Source: Octopus sinensis
Taxonomy: Eukaryota
DNA: 64,000 bases
Assembly: GCF_006345805.1 (NCBI RefSeq)
Contig: NC_043000.1
Span: 20,088,001 to 20,152,000 of the forward strand
Reading direction: 5' to 3'
A program made the position numbers and the translations under genes. Numbering within the stretch: position 1 is the first letter of the stretch; every line of letters begins with the position of its first letter. Shown one piece after another: positions 12,791-24,985 of the stretch. Under the pieces are notes generated by a model. That model was not told where the DNA came from and did no database searches. It saw nothing but the letters and a program-made list of their open reading frames with translations.

Positions 12791-13034
12791 GTGTTTATAT
12801 TCAGTGCTTTAATTATTGCTTCTATAACTTAGAATGGTTCGACAAATAGAGACCGATAAGTAACTGATTGAAAGATACACGCACGCACACACACATATAA
12901 ATATATATTCGTTTTTAAGTTTAGCTCTACAGATTTTCTTTAGAATTCAGAGACAACACTGAAAACTACGACGTCTCCTATACGAATACGTTTATGTAAA
13001 CAATGTAATCGAAGAACGAAAAAATAGGTAAAGA

Positions 13035-13077
13035 GTGTAGATACATATTTCAAAAGTTACTGCTCTTTCATCAGCAC
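13035..13077 (-). ncRNA. Hammerhead ribozyme-like motif (canonical core)
   Basis: Minus strand gtg-CTGATGA-aagag-cagtaa-ctttt-GAAA-tatgtatc-tacac; 5-bp stem II with one G-U, ATA/TAT stem III, AUC triplet, weak stem I. Confidence 0.5.
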
Positions 13078-13559
13078 CACTGGTTCGAAAAATATCTATG
13101 ACCTATCAGGGGCGCTGGGACTAATGCATTGTGCATTTAGAAAGTTATAAAGAGCATAACTCATTACATATGAATATTGTTAACGAAATGTTATTTGTCT
13201 TGCAATAGAGCTGATAAAGGACTTGCAAAATATAGATGGAGTTTAAAACATATGACTTCGGAATGAAAATGTGGATGACAAGAGTTGCAAGATTAGGAGT
13301 GTCGCGAAAAGAAAAGTAGCGAAGCTGAGATTACTTTCGGTTACTATTTTAGTGTCGATTCATTTATTTGATCTCTTGATGAAGAAGCTGGAATCGAGAA
13401 GAGCTTTTCAATCTGTTTGGCCTTTTCAATTGAGAGTTGATGAAACCACTTTAATTCATTTTAAATACTTTATTGTGCTCTTTAGATAGTATTCCATCTT
13501 GTTTGGAGAAGTCGAAATGTGTTCTGCGAAATATGGATGTCTTTACATGTGTGTATTTA

Positions 13560-14075
13560 TATATGTTATATATGTTATGTTAGCTCACTTTCGAGTGCTA
13601 CTGGTAACATGTAACCCAGTACAACCTGTTGCATGGTCGGGTCGTCGGCGTCTAAACCGGCAACCCCACCAAGCTTGCTTGGTGAGGAGGGTGTTTATTG
13701 GACACCCTGCAGGATGAAAAATGAAACCCGTCAAAGGGCGGAGGAACTCTTGAGAGTCAACGGCCATCCAATAAATGTCTTAAGGCTGTATCATGCGCGG
13801 GGGCATAGAAATAATCGGACTGAATACCCAATCACGCGGTTAAACCATTGGGAGTGAAGGACTCCTAGCCTTTGTTAGGGCATCCTTCTAGGAGAAGGTA
13901 ACTCAGGTAACTGGGATAACTCTGACATAAAACCTGCAGCACAGTGGTTACCGATGATGTTGACTTGTTCTTTTCGGGTTATGGCTGCTGTTGCTTAGTG
14001 AGTGGGATTGACTCAGTGCACAGCCTTTCCTCACTTTAAAAAAAATATTCTTGCACAGGCATTGCACGATAACAA
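13560..14075 (+). mobile_element. Probable RTE-type LINE 5' UTR fragment
   Basis: GC-richer island containing ttagggcatccttctaggagaaggtaactc...aaacctgc, resembling RTE 5' UTR blocks; no ORF. Confidence 0.45.
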
Positions 14076-14315
14076 CATTGATTAAGCTTCGTGCAATGGC
14101 CATACTCGATAACGAGGGGGCAGCCGCCATTTATATATGTATGCAAACGAGCTGTTGGCAATTTCTTTTCCTTCTTTGAAGTTTTCCCTTTCTCCTTTTC
14201 GACGAAGAGCTATGCTCAAAACTTTAAGCCCTCTCCTTTCACCGAGCGTCAAGCTAATGCATTCCTTGTGCACGTCCTCTTTTGTCTGTTAATCAAATTC
14301 GTTTATTTGAATTGG

Positions 14316-14377
<62 letters not shown>

Positions 14378-14379
14378 TA

Positions 14380-15530
14380 TATCAAAATAAGCAACAGGCT
14401 ATCCAGAGGTGATGCAGTACGATCGTTCCAAGCGACTCCATTTAGTTGAACAATGCAATTATTACATCAATTTAAATGCAGGGCTAGCCTCAGCTATATA
14501 AATAAATAAATTGTATTTATTTAATCAGTCGGACACATTTGTATAATTTTACCTAAATCCTCTAAAAGAGTAAGAAGACAAAGTCCATGGTGTATTCACT
14601 TCAGCTTAGAAGCTACTAAGACTTCAGGAAAAAAAACTTGTTAGAGATCTAGCTTGTCACTGATTTTGGGGTGGGTTTTAATCTATAGTCTTGTTTATCA
14701 AATCTTTGTATATCAAAATCTAAAACCAAAGAGCATTGTCTGTTAGGAAAGGGCCTGAGGGAGTTGACAAAATCATAGTGGGTATAGTCATAAAACTTGT
14801 CAAGATTAGTTTGAAGTAGTGATAACGTAACTGTCTATAATGAGGTTTCTAAAGGAAGAACTTAAATCAAGATGCTAGTTATCAGTTAAAGGGGCAAGAC
14901 TCTAATAAAACCAATGATGATAATACAGGGGAAATTTTATCATGGGGTACTATAGTTCAATGATTTCAACAATAATGTTATATTGTATAAAGATAAAATT
15001 TAGGGTTATCAAGAAAAATATCAAGAAGAATATCATAACCAAAAGGATAAATTTTGAATACTTTTGAGTATATACCAAAATTAACGAAATTGAGAAAGGA
15101 AAAATAACGAAAATGAGTAAGGAAAGATAATTCAGAACTGCCTTTCTTTTCTGTTTAGAGTTGGCACCAATTGTTACTAAGTGGTTTGACTACCATCTCT
15201 GGAAACGAAACTAATTTCAATAAACCAAGAATTTATTTTCAATGTTTTTTTATATACTCTTATTCGCCACTCATGTACAAATACATACCATTGGCCAGCC
15301 AGAGTTATTCTTCTTAGCACATTTTCGTTTCATTCATGCAAATTGCATAGGCTATAGGTATGTTCTCTTTTCGTAAATGGCTAAGTCTCGTATCTGCTCA
15401 CAATAAAGTAGAGCTACTGTTGTACTGATGACGCCTATTAGGACAGAAACAATCGTTCACAACTCGCCTCCTAGGACTGATATTTTTCTTAGTGGCATGC
15501 CAAGTCAGAAGAATTCTTGATTTTTGTCAT
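14380..15530. mobile_element. Degenerate element, possibly Penelope-like
   Basis: Starts at the end of a (TA)n tract, has decayed coding-like composition and carries a hammerhead-like motif at 15419-15463. No clean protein motif was read. Confidence 0.35.
15419..15463 (+). ncRNA. Hammerhead ribozyme-like motif (degenerate)
   Basis: gttgta-CTGATGA-cg-cct-att-agg-aca-GAAAC-aatc-GTT-cacaac; canonical core, gttgt/acaac stem I, damaged stem II. Confidence 0.5.
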
Positions 15531-15875
15531 TACCTTCCTTTCGTTTAGAATGGATACTTGTTGCTACAAAACGCTTGGGCCACTTGTCTGGAAGCGATGA
15601 TAATTTCAATATAATAATAATTTATCTTTTATACACACACATACACACACACGCACTCATACATATATGTATATATATAACAAGTTGGGATATAAGCACC
15701 ATAATCATATATCCACAGCATTACGTAGATATAAAATATATTTTGAAACTATTCGTTGAAACAGCTGTAGTGAACAATTAAATTATGAATCCCCTATGAC
15801 ATTTCTACTTTCCTGCTTTCACACTGTTCTGCATATATTTAGATACATATATGTGCATATATTTACACACACACG

Positions 15876-15921
<46 letters not shown>

Positions 15922-16476
15922 TTATATGCGTTTGTATATGTATGTGCCCGCGCGTGTGTGTGTGGATGTGCCTGCACGCGTGTGTGTGTATGTATGCTTG
16001 CTTAGCAAAAGTCATTGACAATAGTTGACCCCCTCTGCTACAGGTCGTGTGTACCTTCTGGGTCCTACACAACGACATCGGGGACAAATTGATCTATGAC
16101 ACAGAAGTCACGTGACAAACTCCAATTGATCAATACAATTGATCAACAACCATCCCGTATCTAATTCATCTTGGTATCCCTAGGTATCATTCGTTGTTGT
16201 CTTTAAGCTTCTTCCATAAATTTCCATATTTTCTTCTCCAGCGAGAGCAATAAATTTTCTTCACAACAATGTTTGCTTATTATTTTCTGTTTGTTTTGCT
16301 TTCGTTTGTTTTTCGCTCGTCCCATTTATGTGTGTGTGTGTGTGTGTATATGTGTGTGTGAGAGAGTACATGTCTATGTATGTACGTGCATTCAAGCGTG
16401 TGTGCATACATGTATGCGTGCGTGCGTGTGCGCATATATATGTATATGTATATATATATACATATATATATATATA

Positions 16477-16686
16477 GTTAATCCAAACAAGAAAACACAG
16501 GAAAAAACACAGCAACGCGAGGACGTGGAACAATTAAAGTATTATTTGACGCTCAGGAAAGAAGGGAAGGAGAGTTTAACGTTTCGAGCGGAGCTCTTCG
16601 TCGGAAACAAGGAGAAGGAAAGATCCCAAGAAGGGAAGACAGAGGAAAAAAATATTTTTGCTGGTGGTGCTCAAGAGATCACTCAC
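16477..16686 (-). mobile_element. Probable Penelope-like element terminal repeat (solo)
   Basis: About 210-bp unit between TA/CA microsatellites containing a minimal hammerhead motif. Confidence 0.55.
16574..16608 (-). ncRNA. Minimal type I hammerhead ribozyme-like motif
   Basis: Minus strand gttt-CCGACGA-a-gagc-tcc-gctc-GAAAC-GTT-aaac; stems I and II pair perfectly, stem III has no loop (palindromic aacgtt), core has U4C. Confidence 0.62.
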
Positions 16687-16688
16687 AT

Positions 16689-16747
<59 letters not shown>

Positions 16748-16752
16748 TATAC

Positions 16753-16821
<69 letters not shown>

Positions 16822-16850
16822 TATATATAATATATATATATATATGTATG
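16687..16850. repeat. (CA)n(TA)n microsatellite
   Basis: Directly visible. Confidence 0.95.
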
Positions 16851-17069
16851 AATGTTTGTATATATGTATGCATATGCGGGTTTATGTGCCCCAACGCGCA
16901 TGTATGACCACGTGTGTTTGTCCGTCTGTATGTTTGCGTGTGTCCTTTAATTATCCTGCAAATAAAGCTAGAGTAGCCAGGAAATGTTAAAATGAAGTTT
17001 GAAAGACACAACAATTGGAAATTTATTAAATATTCTACATTTTCTTTTCCTTTTTTTTTTATTTATATC

Positions 17070-17400
17070 AGCGCTATTAGCACCAACGTTTGTGAGACCT
17101 GATTAGTTGCTTGAGGAAATCCGTTCAACTGACAGAAATATAAAAACAATACTGACATCCAGTGACAACTTCTACGGCAGCTTTGACATGACCAGGTTTT
17201 AGCTACAGGGGGAAATAGCACACTTCGTATCATCACTGGTTGTATGGAAGCCACGCCCATTGACCACCTACACAACAAATTAAAAATACTTTAAAGGAAA
17301 TACCACTTGGCCATGTAAGGAACACAGCTTGCTGCTAGAAAAACAAAAGTAATCTGACTATCAGGAAAATCATACCTTTTGCACCGACAGCACATCCAGA
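17070..17400 (+). mobile_element. Degenerate non-LTR RT C-terminal fragment (I/Jockey group?)
   Basis: STLRIITGCMEATPIDHLHNKLKIL resembles the post-RT LRxxTGCxxxTPxxHLHxETKxL motif. Confidence 0.45.
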
Positions 17401-17886
17401 ATGTTTTTTACAGTACGAAGCTTCTGCATGGTTGCTGAACTCGCTAGAAATAGCAGTGAAATATAGTTCAGATTAAATCATGACGTATTAAAAGAAATAA
17501 AAGGAAAATACAAGGAAGAACACACTTGGCTATATAATTCTCGATATATACTTGGACATGTTGATCGTGGTTGAATTGCTTGTTTTAATATAAGTGTACT
17601 CAGAGTTGTTCAATGAGCTAACCAACAGCAAAATAACCAGCAATAACAGTAATGTTCGACAGTAATACCAGATGTTATCGTACCTTCAGTTCTGTTGATA
17701 TATAGTAATAATACCAATAATCTTTGGGTGGCATTTGTAAACATTCAATGCATTACTACGCGCGTTTCCACAAATCACATGTCTCTTAAGATCACAGGCC
17801 ATATTCCTGGGATGATTATAGTGTAGTCCGTAGTATCCGTGGGCATCAGGTTGATCATCTTCATAGATTCATTTCTCCAAGCGATA

Positions 17887-18505
17887 TCTTACTATAATGG
17901 GAGATATGTCCGTCTGTCTGTGTCCTCTTCACAGTCAAACGGCTAGACCAATGGTTACGATATTTTTCGGGATTACGAAGAAGGAATCAAGAAGGTTTTT
18001 AGCGAAAACAATGTGAAAAAGTATGATTATTTAGTGGATATTGTGGGTAATTTTTCAGTTTACGGGCATAAAAAGTAGATAAAATTAAGGGGGAGATAAC
18101 TAATAAAATGAGCAAAGAGAAGTAAGTCAATTTCTTACTATAATAGGCGTTATGTCCGTTTGTTTTCTCGGTCAAATGGCTGGGCCAATGGTCACGATGT
18201 TTTTCGGGATTACGAAGGAAAAAGTGTGAAAAAGTATAATTATTTATTAGATATTCAGTTTTTTATTAATAAAACACCTCTAATTTTTTTCTTTGTTAAA
18301 ATTTCGGCAACGAGGATCAACTCTGGATTTCACCCCACCCCACTATAGTTCGTAAAATTTAGAGGGTTTAGATTTGCGATACTATCTCTTTATTTCCAAT
18401 CGTGGATGGGCAGATTCGTAAAGATCCCGCTCGCGCATTCACAGCAAACAAGGCACAGGGCCAGGTTTTAGATCGTGTCGGTGTATTTTTACCGATTCCG
18501 ATGTC
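17887..18505 (+). mobile_element. Helitron remnant: duplicated 5' end plus helicase C-terminal fragment
   Basis: TCTTACTATAAT starts at 17887 (preceded by A) and again at 18133; AFTANKAQGQVLDRVGVFLP (18435-18494) matches the PIF1-like motif FAMTINKAQGQTLDRVGIYLP. Confidence 0.75.
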
Positions 18506-18559
18506 TAAGAGCATTACATTCCTTGGAAGAAAGCAGCGAATGTATACGAAACAAGGACG

Positions 18560-19010
18560 GGGAAAAAAGGACTACTGTCCGTGCAACATCTATATTGCTT
18601 CCTGTGCTTGTTAAATCTTATGTCCCTGCCGTAAGGCTTTACTTCCACACACGCCAGCTTAATTTAATTCGTCCTTAGTCGAAAGACACCTGTTGTTATG
18701 TCCTGTTATTTATATTTGTGTAACATTTCTGGGGGTTTTTTCCGTCTTTGTTACGTAATACATTCGCAACTTTCTTCCAAGGAATGTAATGCTCTTAGCT
18801 TATTTTTCCTTGGGGCTGGCCAGATTGGCGCAATCTCGAGTATGACCAGCCGAAATTGCAAAGATATTCTGGAACCCAACTGAGGATAAAAAACACCGAA
18901 TGATCCTTTCTTGTTTTCCTTGTATCGTCTGTCTGGATATTTTGTTTTCTTTTTTTTTTGTTTCACCTAACTGTCTGGATGTTTTGCGTTTTTTGTCCCA
19001 TTTTTGTATT
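18560..19010 (+). mobile_element. Probable LINE 3' UTR module (L1/Tx1-like?)
   Basis: Colinear blocks shared with 56695-57135 (-) and 56412-56490 (+); non-coding with a T-rich 3' end. Class is inferred. Confidence 0.55.
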
Positions 19011-19039
19011 TGATATTTATAAAATATAGCGGTGTACGT

Positions 19040-19195
19040 ACACTTTGGTCTCTGTTTACCTATCCGTTGGCTTACCTATCGTACGGGGCTCCGAGCATGC
19101 TCTTCACCTCAGATAACGTCATACTATCTTCGACAGGCATTCAACAGAGTGATCCATTGTGCCTACTCCTATTCGCTCTGTGGGTGGACAGTAAG
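19040..19195 (+). mobile_element. CRE-like non-LTR reverse transcriptase fragment
   Basis: YGAPSMLFTSDNVILSSTGIQQSDPLCLLLFAL matches the CRE-type motif SSxGVQQGDPLGPLLFxL. Confidence 0.62.
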
Positions 19196-19724
19196 ACGTT
19201 ATAACCTCTCCTTTAAGGTCCATATACCTCATGTGTTTTCTATTTTACGATATTCCTCATAACTCACATATCATGAGGCACTCCAGGTCTGTTCAGATTG
19301 AGCTTCCATTCTCTTCTACCTTATTATTGCTCTTGTCATTTACCGCCATGGCGATAAATGACAATTCGGTTGTCATTGCTGAGAACACTCTCTCTTCCAT
19401 TCAAAGAGGCAGTTGTATCAACGGTATTATTAGACATCCCTAAGTTCTACATGAATAAATACTACTAATGGTAAGCGTAGTGGAGCAGAAGTAGTCATGA
19501 TCCGTGTAAGCCAGCCTTGTTTAACTCCTCTTTAGCTATAAATACGAATTACAGGAATGGCTTGAAGACTTGGGGGAAAGAAATTCTAAATCTTTACACG
19601 ATACCCCTTTTCTTCCAGCAGTTTTTTTTTTATTAAGAATAAGCATTGAATACCTGTAACACACTATTTGCAGGTTTTACCCAGTCCTTCAACCAATCTG
19701 TTCGAGTCAATTATGTAACCTCTT

Positions 19725-19910
19725 CGCAGTCACTCGATCTGCTAGAAATTGCAGCTCAGTCTCCCTTGAATCACGCCATGCCATTTTACAAACAAGAGCT
19801 TTCGATAATGTATTCTTAGACAGCCCTAAAAACACATGAGGATCTTGGTTGAGACACGCTTGAGTATAAGACTCCTCGCTCTGAACTCACTTCAGGCTAA
19901 ACAACAACAC
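19725..19910 (+). mobile_element. Unclassified short repeat ending in (caa)n; diverged relative at ~17430-17640
   Basis: Shared (t)gctagaaat(a/t)gcag...aatca block in both places. Confidence 0.35.
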
Positions 19911-20197
19911 GAAACGACTTAATACAGTTCAACAATATGCTTCATGGGGGATGCTTTGGCGTTAAATATTAGCCACAATAACAAGACAGAGGAGAACCAA
20001 AGATCACTCTAAACAGACCGAGAGTACCTCATGCTCTCTGAGAATACTTTATAAGGAATATTGCAAAAAAGAAAATACATGAAGGTGATGAAATCACACT
20101 TGAGCTGACAAAACTAACTCCCACATTCATATCGTGTCAGGTAACGGTAGATCCGTTGGGAGAAAAGACATAACATAGCAAAAAATAACCATAATAT

Positions 20198-20360
20198 AGG
20201 TGCAGGTGTTGCTGTATGGTAAAAAGTTTGCTTCCCAACACATGGTCCTGGGTTCAATCCCACTTCGTGACACCTTGGGCAAGTGTCTTCTACTGTAGCT
20301 TCGGGCTGACTAAAGTTTTGTGAGTGGATTTGATTGACGGAAACTGAAAGAAGCCCGTCG

Positions 20361-20396
<36 letters not shown>

Positions 20397-20631
20397 GTGT
20401 GTGTGTTTGCGTGCGTGTGTGTGCGTGTGTCCACACACAATCGGTTGACAACCGATGTTGATATGTTTACGTCCCTGTAACCTAGCGGTTCGGCAAAAGA
20501 GACCGATGGAATAAGTACTAGGCTTACCAAGAATAAGTCTTAGGGTCTATTTCTTCGACTAAAACCTCTTCGGGTGGTGCTCCAGCATGACCGCAGTCAA
20601 ATGACTGGAACAGGTAAAAGAATAAAAGAAT
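20198..20631 (+). mobile_element. SINE family B, full length
   Basis: Colinear with the other B copies. Confidence 0.9.
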
Positions 20632-20881
20632 CGTATAAAAATAAAATTGAGGATATGAAAATGTTCGCTATTGTTGTCGATCACTAAGACAATGCTCCCT
20701 TCAGAAAGTTAAATCAGATATTGTTTTTCAATTGGGCACAAGGCCAACAATTTCGGAGTAGGGGTTGAATTGGTGAAATCGATCCCCAGTGTTCCGAAAG
20801 GATGAAAGCCAAAGTCGACCCCGGCAGATTTTGAAAGTTAAATCAGATATTAGAATTCATATATATATATATATATATATA

Positions 20882-21260
20882 GGAGGCGCAATGGCCCAGT
20901 GGTTAGGGCAGCGGACTCGCGGTCATAGGATCGCGGTTTCGATTCCCAGACCGGGCGTTGTGAGTGTTTATTGAGCGAAAACACCTAAAGCTCCACGAGG
21001 CTCCGGCAGGGATGGTGGTGATCCCTGCTGTACTCTTTCACCACAACTTTCTCTCACTCTTACTTCCTGTTTCTGTTGTACCTGTATTTCAAAAGGCCGG
21101 CCTTGTCACTCTCTGTGTCATGCTGAATATCCCCGAGAACTACGTTATGGGTACACGTGTCTGTGGAGTGCTCAGCCACTTACACGTTAATTTCACGAGC
21201 AGGCTGTTCCGTTGATTCGGATCAACCGGAACCCTCATCGTCGTAACCGACGGAGTGCTT

Positions 21261-21263
<3 letters not shown>
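20882..21263 (+). mobile_element. SINE family A inserted in (TA)n
   Basis: Near-identical to 934-1323; (TA)n on both sides. Confidence 0.93.
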
Positions 21264-21335
<72 letters not shown>

Positions 21336-23539
21336 ATATTATATATATATTATATATATATACTAGTGGTGGTTTGCCTTTGCAAAATATCAGTTGAATA
21401 AAGTTTTCAAAAACTGAAAATATTAGTATGTCTAAAAAGAAAACAGTTCTAACGAATGGTGAAAATCACTTTCTTCTTTGGCAAAAACACTCTAAAAGAA
21501 ATATATTTTGCACATTAACAAATATAAAAAAAAGTATGCATGCATAAAATTGTGGCATTCAGAAAACTAGACAAATATGAATAAAATAAATTCACTTGTT
21601 TTGGAAAGAAGACTGCTTGTTGTATCTGTTTACACTCTCGTCACACAAAAGTAAAAGATAATTACCAAAACAACTCAAGAGACAGACACTAAATACATGA
21701 ATAGCTAGCAACATCGGTTATGTTGGGATTGTTTTTGTTCAGTCGACTAAGTTTTGATAACAAATATTATGTGTATTCCAGAAGCATTTTATTGATATTC
21801 ACGGCATCCTCTTCTGTGTTTTTGCATTGCCTAATATAATAACTGGCTATAATGGAAAATATAGAAAAATGATTTTGATAATACAAAATGTCAAAGATGA
21901 GAAAATATTTATATAGTTTCTTCCGGGGACTCTTATCTGAACATAAGAGTTAATATAGGTGAAACTGAAAGTATATATAATAATTAGACAATTCTTGCTT
22001 GGCTCACTCTTCTACGTGGTTGTTACATCAAAGGTCAGTGAAAAAGAGAAAAACCAATGGAACTTAATAATTGTTTTGTATGTTATAAATTTCATTTTAC
22101 AACTTTAATTAGATACTGGTGTACTTAACTACTTTACCGAATTGTTATCCATTAGCAAAGACGAACTGAAGAGCAAGAACGGTTGATATTTTGTGTTCAC
22201 TAGATAAGTGTTGCTGTTAAAATATGTAAAACTTCGGTATTGTTGTATAATCATCAGTAAATGAGCTGTATCTGATAAATAGAAAATATTTTACTGAACA
22301 TTTATTAAACAACCATTTACTAACCAATTTGTATTTTATTCATCCAAAAAAGGTGCCAAGCTGCTTATAATTGCTGCAAGTACTCCAAGCTTGTTGAAAT
22401 CAATGCAGTTTATGGTTAGCTTGAACTTCAGTAGATTAATGTCCTTAGATATATGGATAAATGTGAAGCTTCAGAGGTCAATAGTTTTGTGAAAGAACGA
22501 AGAAAGACCGATTATTGAAAGTTTGCGACAAGAAACGCGATAGGAATGAAATTATGGAATTAAAATGGGAGTGAATCATTTGTTATACGGCTAACTAACA
22601 CGGAGAAAGAAATCGTTAAATTATTATCAATAATGTAGTAATATCATTGAAGCTGATCAAGGGAGAATATTGATACTTTACTTGAATTGTCTCGTTAATA
22701 TTTTGCATTAAAACCACCCTGTGCTACTAATGCTGTTTTTCTTTTTTTTTTTTTTTGCTTTTACACAAAATAGAAACCAAGTAGAAGATTACCTGGTATT
22801 GATACAAAATACCAATCAGTGTAGATCTTACCTAGCATAGTTGTAATACTTTCTGGCTCTCGTAAGACATTTGCTATCGACACATAAATACAAAAGACCT
22901 TTAATATCTATAATGTTACAGTTAGCTATTCCTTCCTAGATAAGATAGCTTTCCAAATCACATACTTCAACTAAAAACATATACCTCCTACTGTTTGCAT
23001 TTCAACTATGAATTTGTATTTTCTGTAATCCCATTACATACCTACTCAGAAGATATTACCTTGAAAATCACATTGATATATCGGTTATTAGTAACATTTC
23101 TGGACAATACTGAAGGAAATAATAGAATTACTACCAAGAACTCGTTCAAAAGCCATTGTTATTAGCATCCACATTCATACAGGACAAACAAGACCAGGAA
23201 AAATCTACGTCCTTGATCCAATTTGTCGTAGTCAAAAAACGGAACGCCCTCCAGAAACTAGGACTATTGTCGATAAAACCAGTCCGTATTTCAATGGCTA
23301 ATTGAACAGAAAGATTTGCTACACTGAAAACTTCTAGATATTAAAAGAACTACCGACATCTCTTAACTGGTGAGAATCGCGCAAAGAGAATCACTTAGCT
23401 AGACTATAGATCATCTGAAGAACTTTCCTTTTCGAGAGCTTCTTATGTCCCTGAAAACCCAAGCCTATCGATTCAGTCCTATTGTCATCAGGCGTAACAA
23501 GCTTCGAAGAATAGCTACAAAACGCAATCAGCTATATTT

Positions 23540-23847
23540 GAATAATATTTAGTCACATGACCAACTATTACATTATGAGAATCGCACTAACTGGCAGCTA
23601 ATACGCTGCAGACACAGCTTCATATATCTATCATGTTATAACTTAACAAAATAATATGTTACAATTACTCAATAGTCAAAGTAAAACTCTGAGTTTCAGA
23701 TGCCGAAGTGGAAATCCACAACACCATCTCTTCGGTTATCTGGCCATATTGAGTAATTGTAACATATTATTTTATCGATAAATTTCCTCTATTTACATAA
23801 TATTAAGGTCTCTTTCTTTCTTTTGTTATCTTACCGTTTTTACCAAT
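23540..23847 (-). mobile_element. Probable Penelope-like terminal region with structured RNA
   Basis: Abuts (TA)n; perfect 27-bp inverted repeat (23648-23674 / 23747-23773) enclosing a hammerhead-like core. Confidence 0.45.
23681..23738 (-). ncRNA. Hammerhead ribozyme-like motif inside a long stem
   Basis: Minus strand taa-CCGAAGA-gatg...catc-t-GAAA-ctc-a-gag-TT-tta; stem III ACTC/GAGT with a 1-nt loop. Confidence 0.45.
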
Positions 23848-23849
23848 AT

Positions 23850-23911
<62 letters not shown>

Positions 23912-24242
23912 ACGTGTGCTTAATGAGCTGAAAACAGCGAAAGCACGAGGACCACATTTCAAAAAGTTTGTACCATTCTGTCTCATGAATTTTTTAAAGA
24001 TGTTTTATATAATTAATAATTTCCAAAATATTAACTTTTTTCTTCACCTATTGTGACTACCAAGAATTTTTATAATACGTCATACATAAAAATATATCTA
24101 CGCCCGTGTGTGTGTCATTGCGTGTCTGTTTCTGTCTGCGTGTGGGTATGTGTGCCTTTGTATAAAGAGATGAAAAGAGAGATAGGTAAATATATATATA
24201 TACGCACATACACTTGTATGCACACATCTATGTGCGTGGATG

Positions 24243-24276
<34 letters not shown>

Positions 24277-24985
24277 TACATGTTTATGTGAGTGTGCGTG
24301 TTGGTGTGTGTGTATGCATTTTTGTGTGTACATGTATGTATGCATGTTAGTTAGTTAGTTAATTTGGCTCAAAAGCAAATAGCAAGGCCATGTAGGGGGA
24401 CATGGAGTTAAGTACAGGGTGGTGTTCATGTAAAGAGTTCAGGCCACTTGAGGTCCAGGGAGGCTTTGAACAAAGCGGTCGTCGGCATCTTCACCATCTC
24501 GTCTGGCAGCTTGTTCCACGGATCCGCATGTATGTGTGTCTATGTTTAAACGAATATGTGTACGTGTGTATTCACTGCAGATATTCGGTATTGAATAACA
24601 TCATATGTATGACGTTGTGAGAATATCGATTTCTCGCATTGCCAAAAAATTCAAACATTGGTAAGGAAGAGAGATAATTTGCGAATTTAATCGATGCCAG
24701 TACTTTTCTGACGAATATTTCCCATCCAAAAAAGATTAGAAGTAAAAGATTACGTAAGGTTTGAAATCAAAACGTAGAAGTCCAGGCCAAAATGCATAGA
24801 CCATCGGTACGATTCGTTACATGTTCGCCATATATACACAAATGATATTTAGCTGTTATCTTTTTTGCTGTTGTTGTTGTTGTTCTTGTTCATTAGGTGC
24901 AGTTTGGTCCTAACTGGACAAACCTCTGATCAATTTGTCTACTTTTTCAGCATTCTGTTTTTCGAGTATAGTGTATATTGGACAT

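Noticed and set aside
19333-19364. 32-bp near-perfect palindrome ttgtcatttaccgccatggcgataaatgacaa
   Set aside because: Isolated, no second copy or context in the window; chance or local fold-back cannot be excluded.
21360-22720. Long AT-rich microsatellite-free stretch as a decayed transposase or exon cluster
   Set aside because: No ORF of 60 aa or more and no motif I could read.
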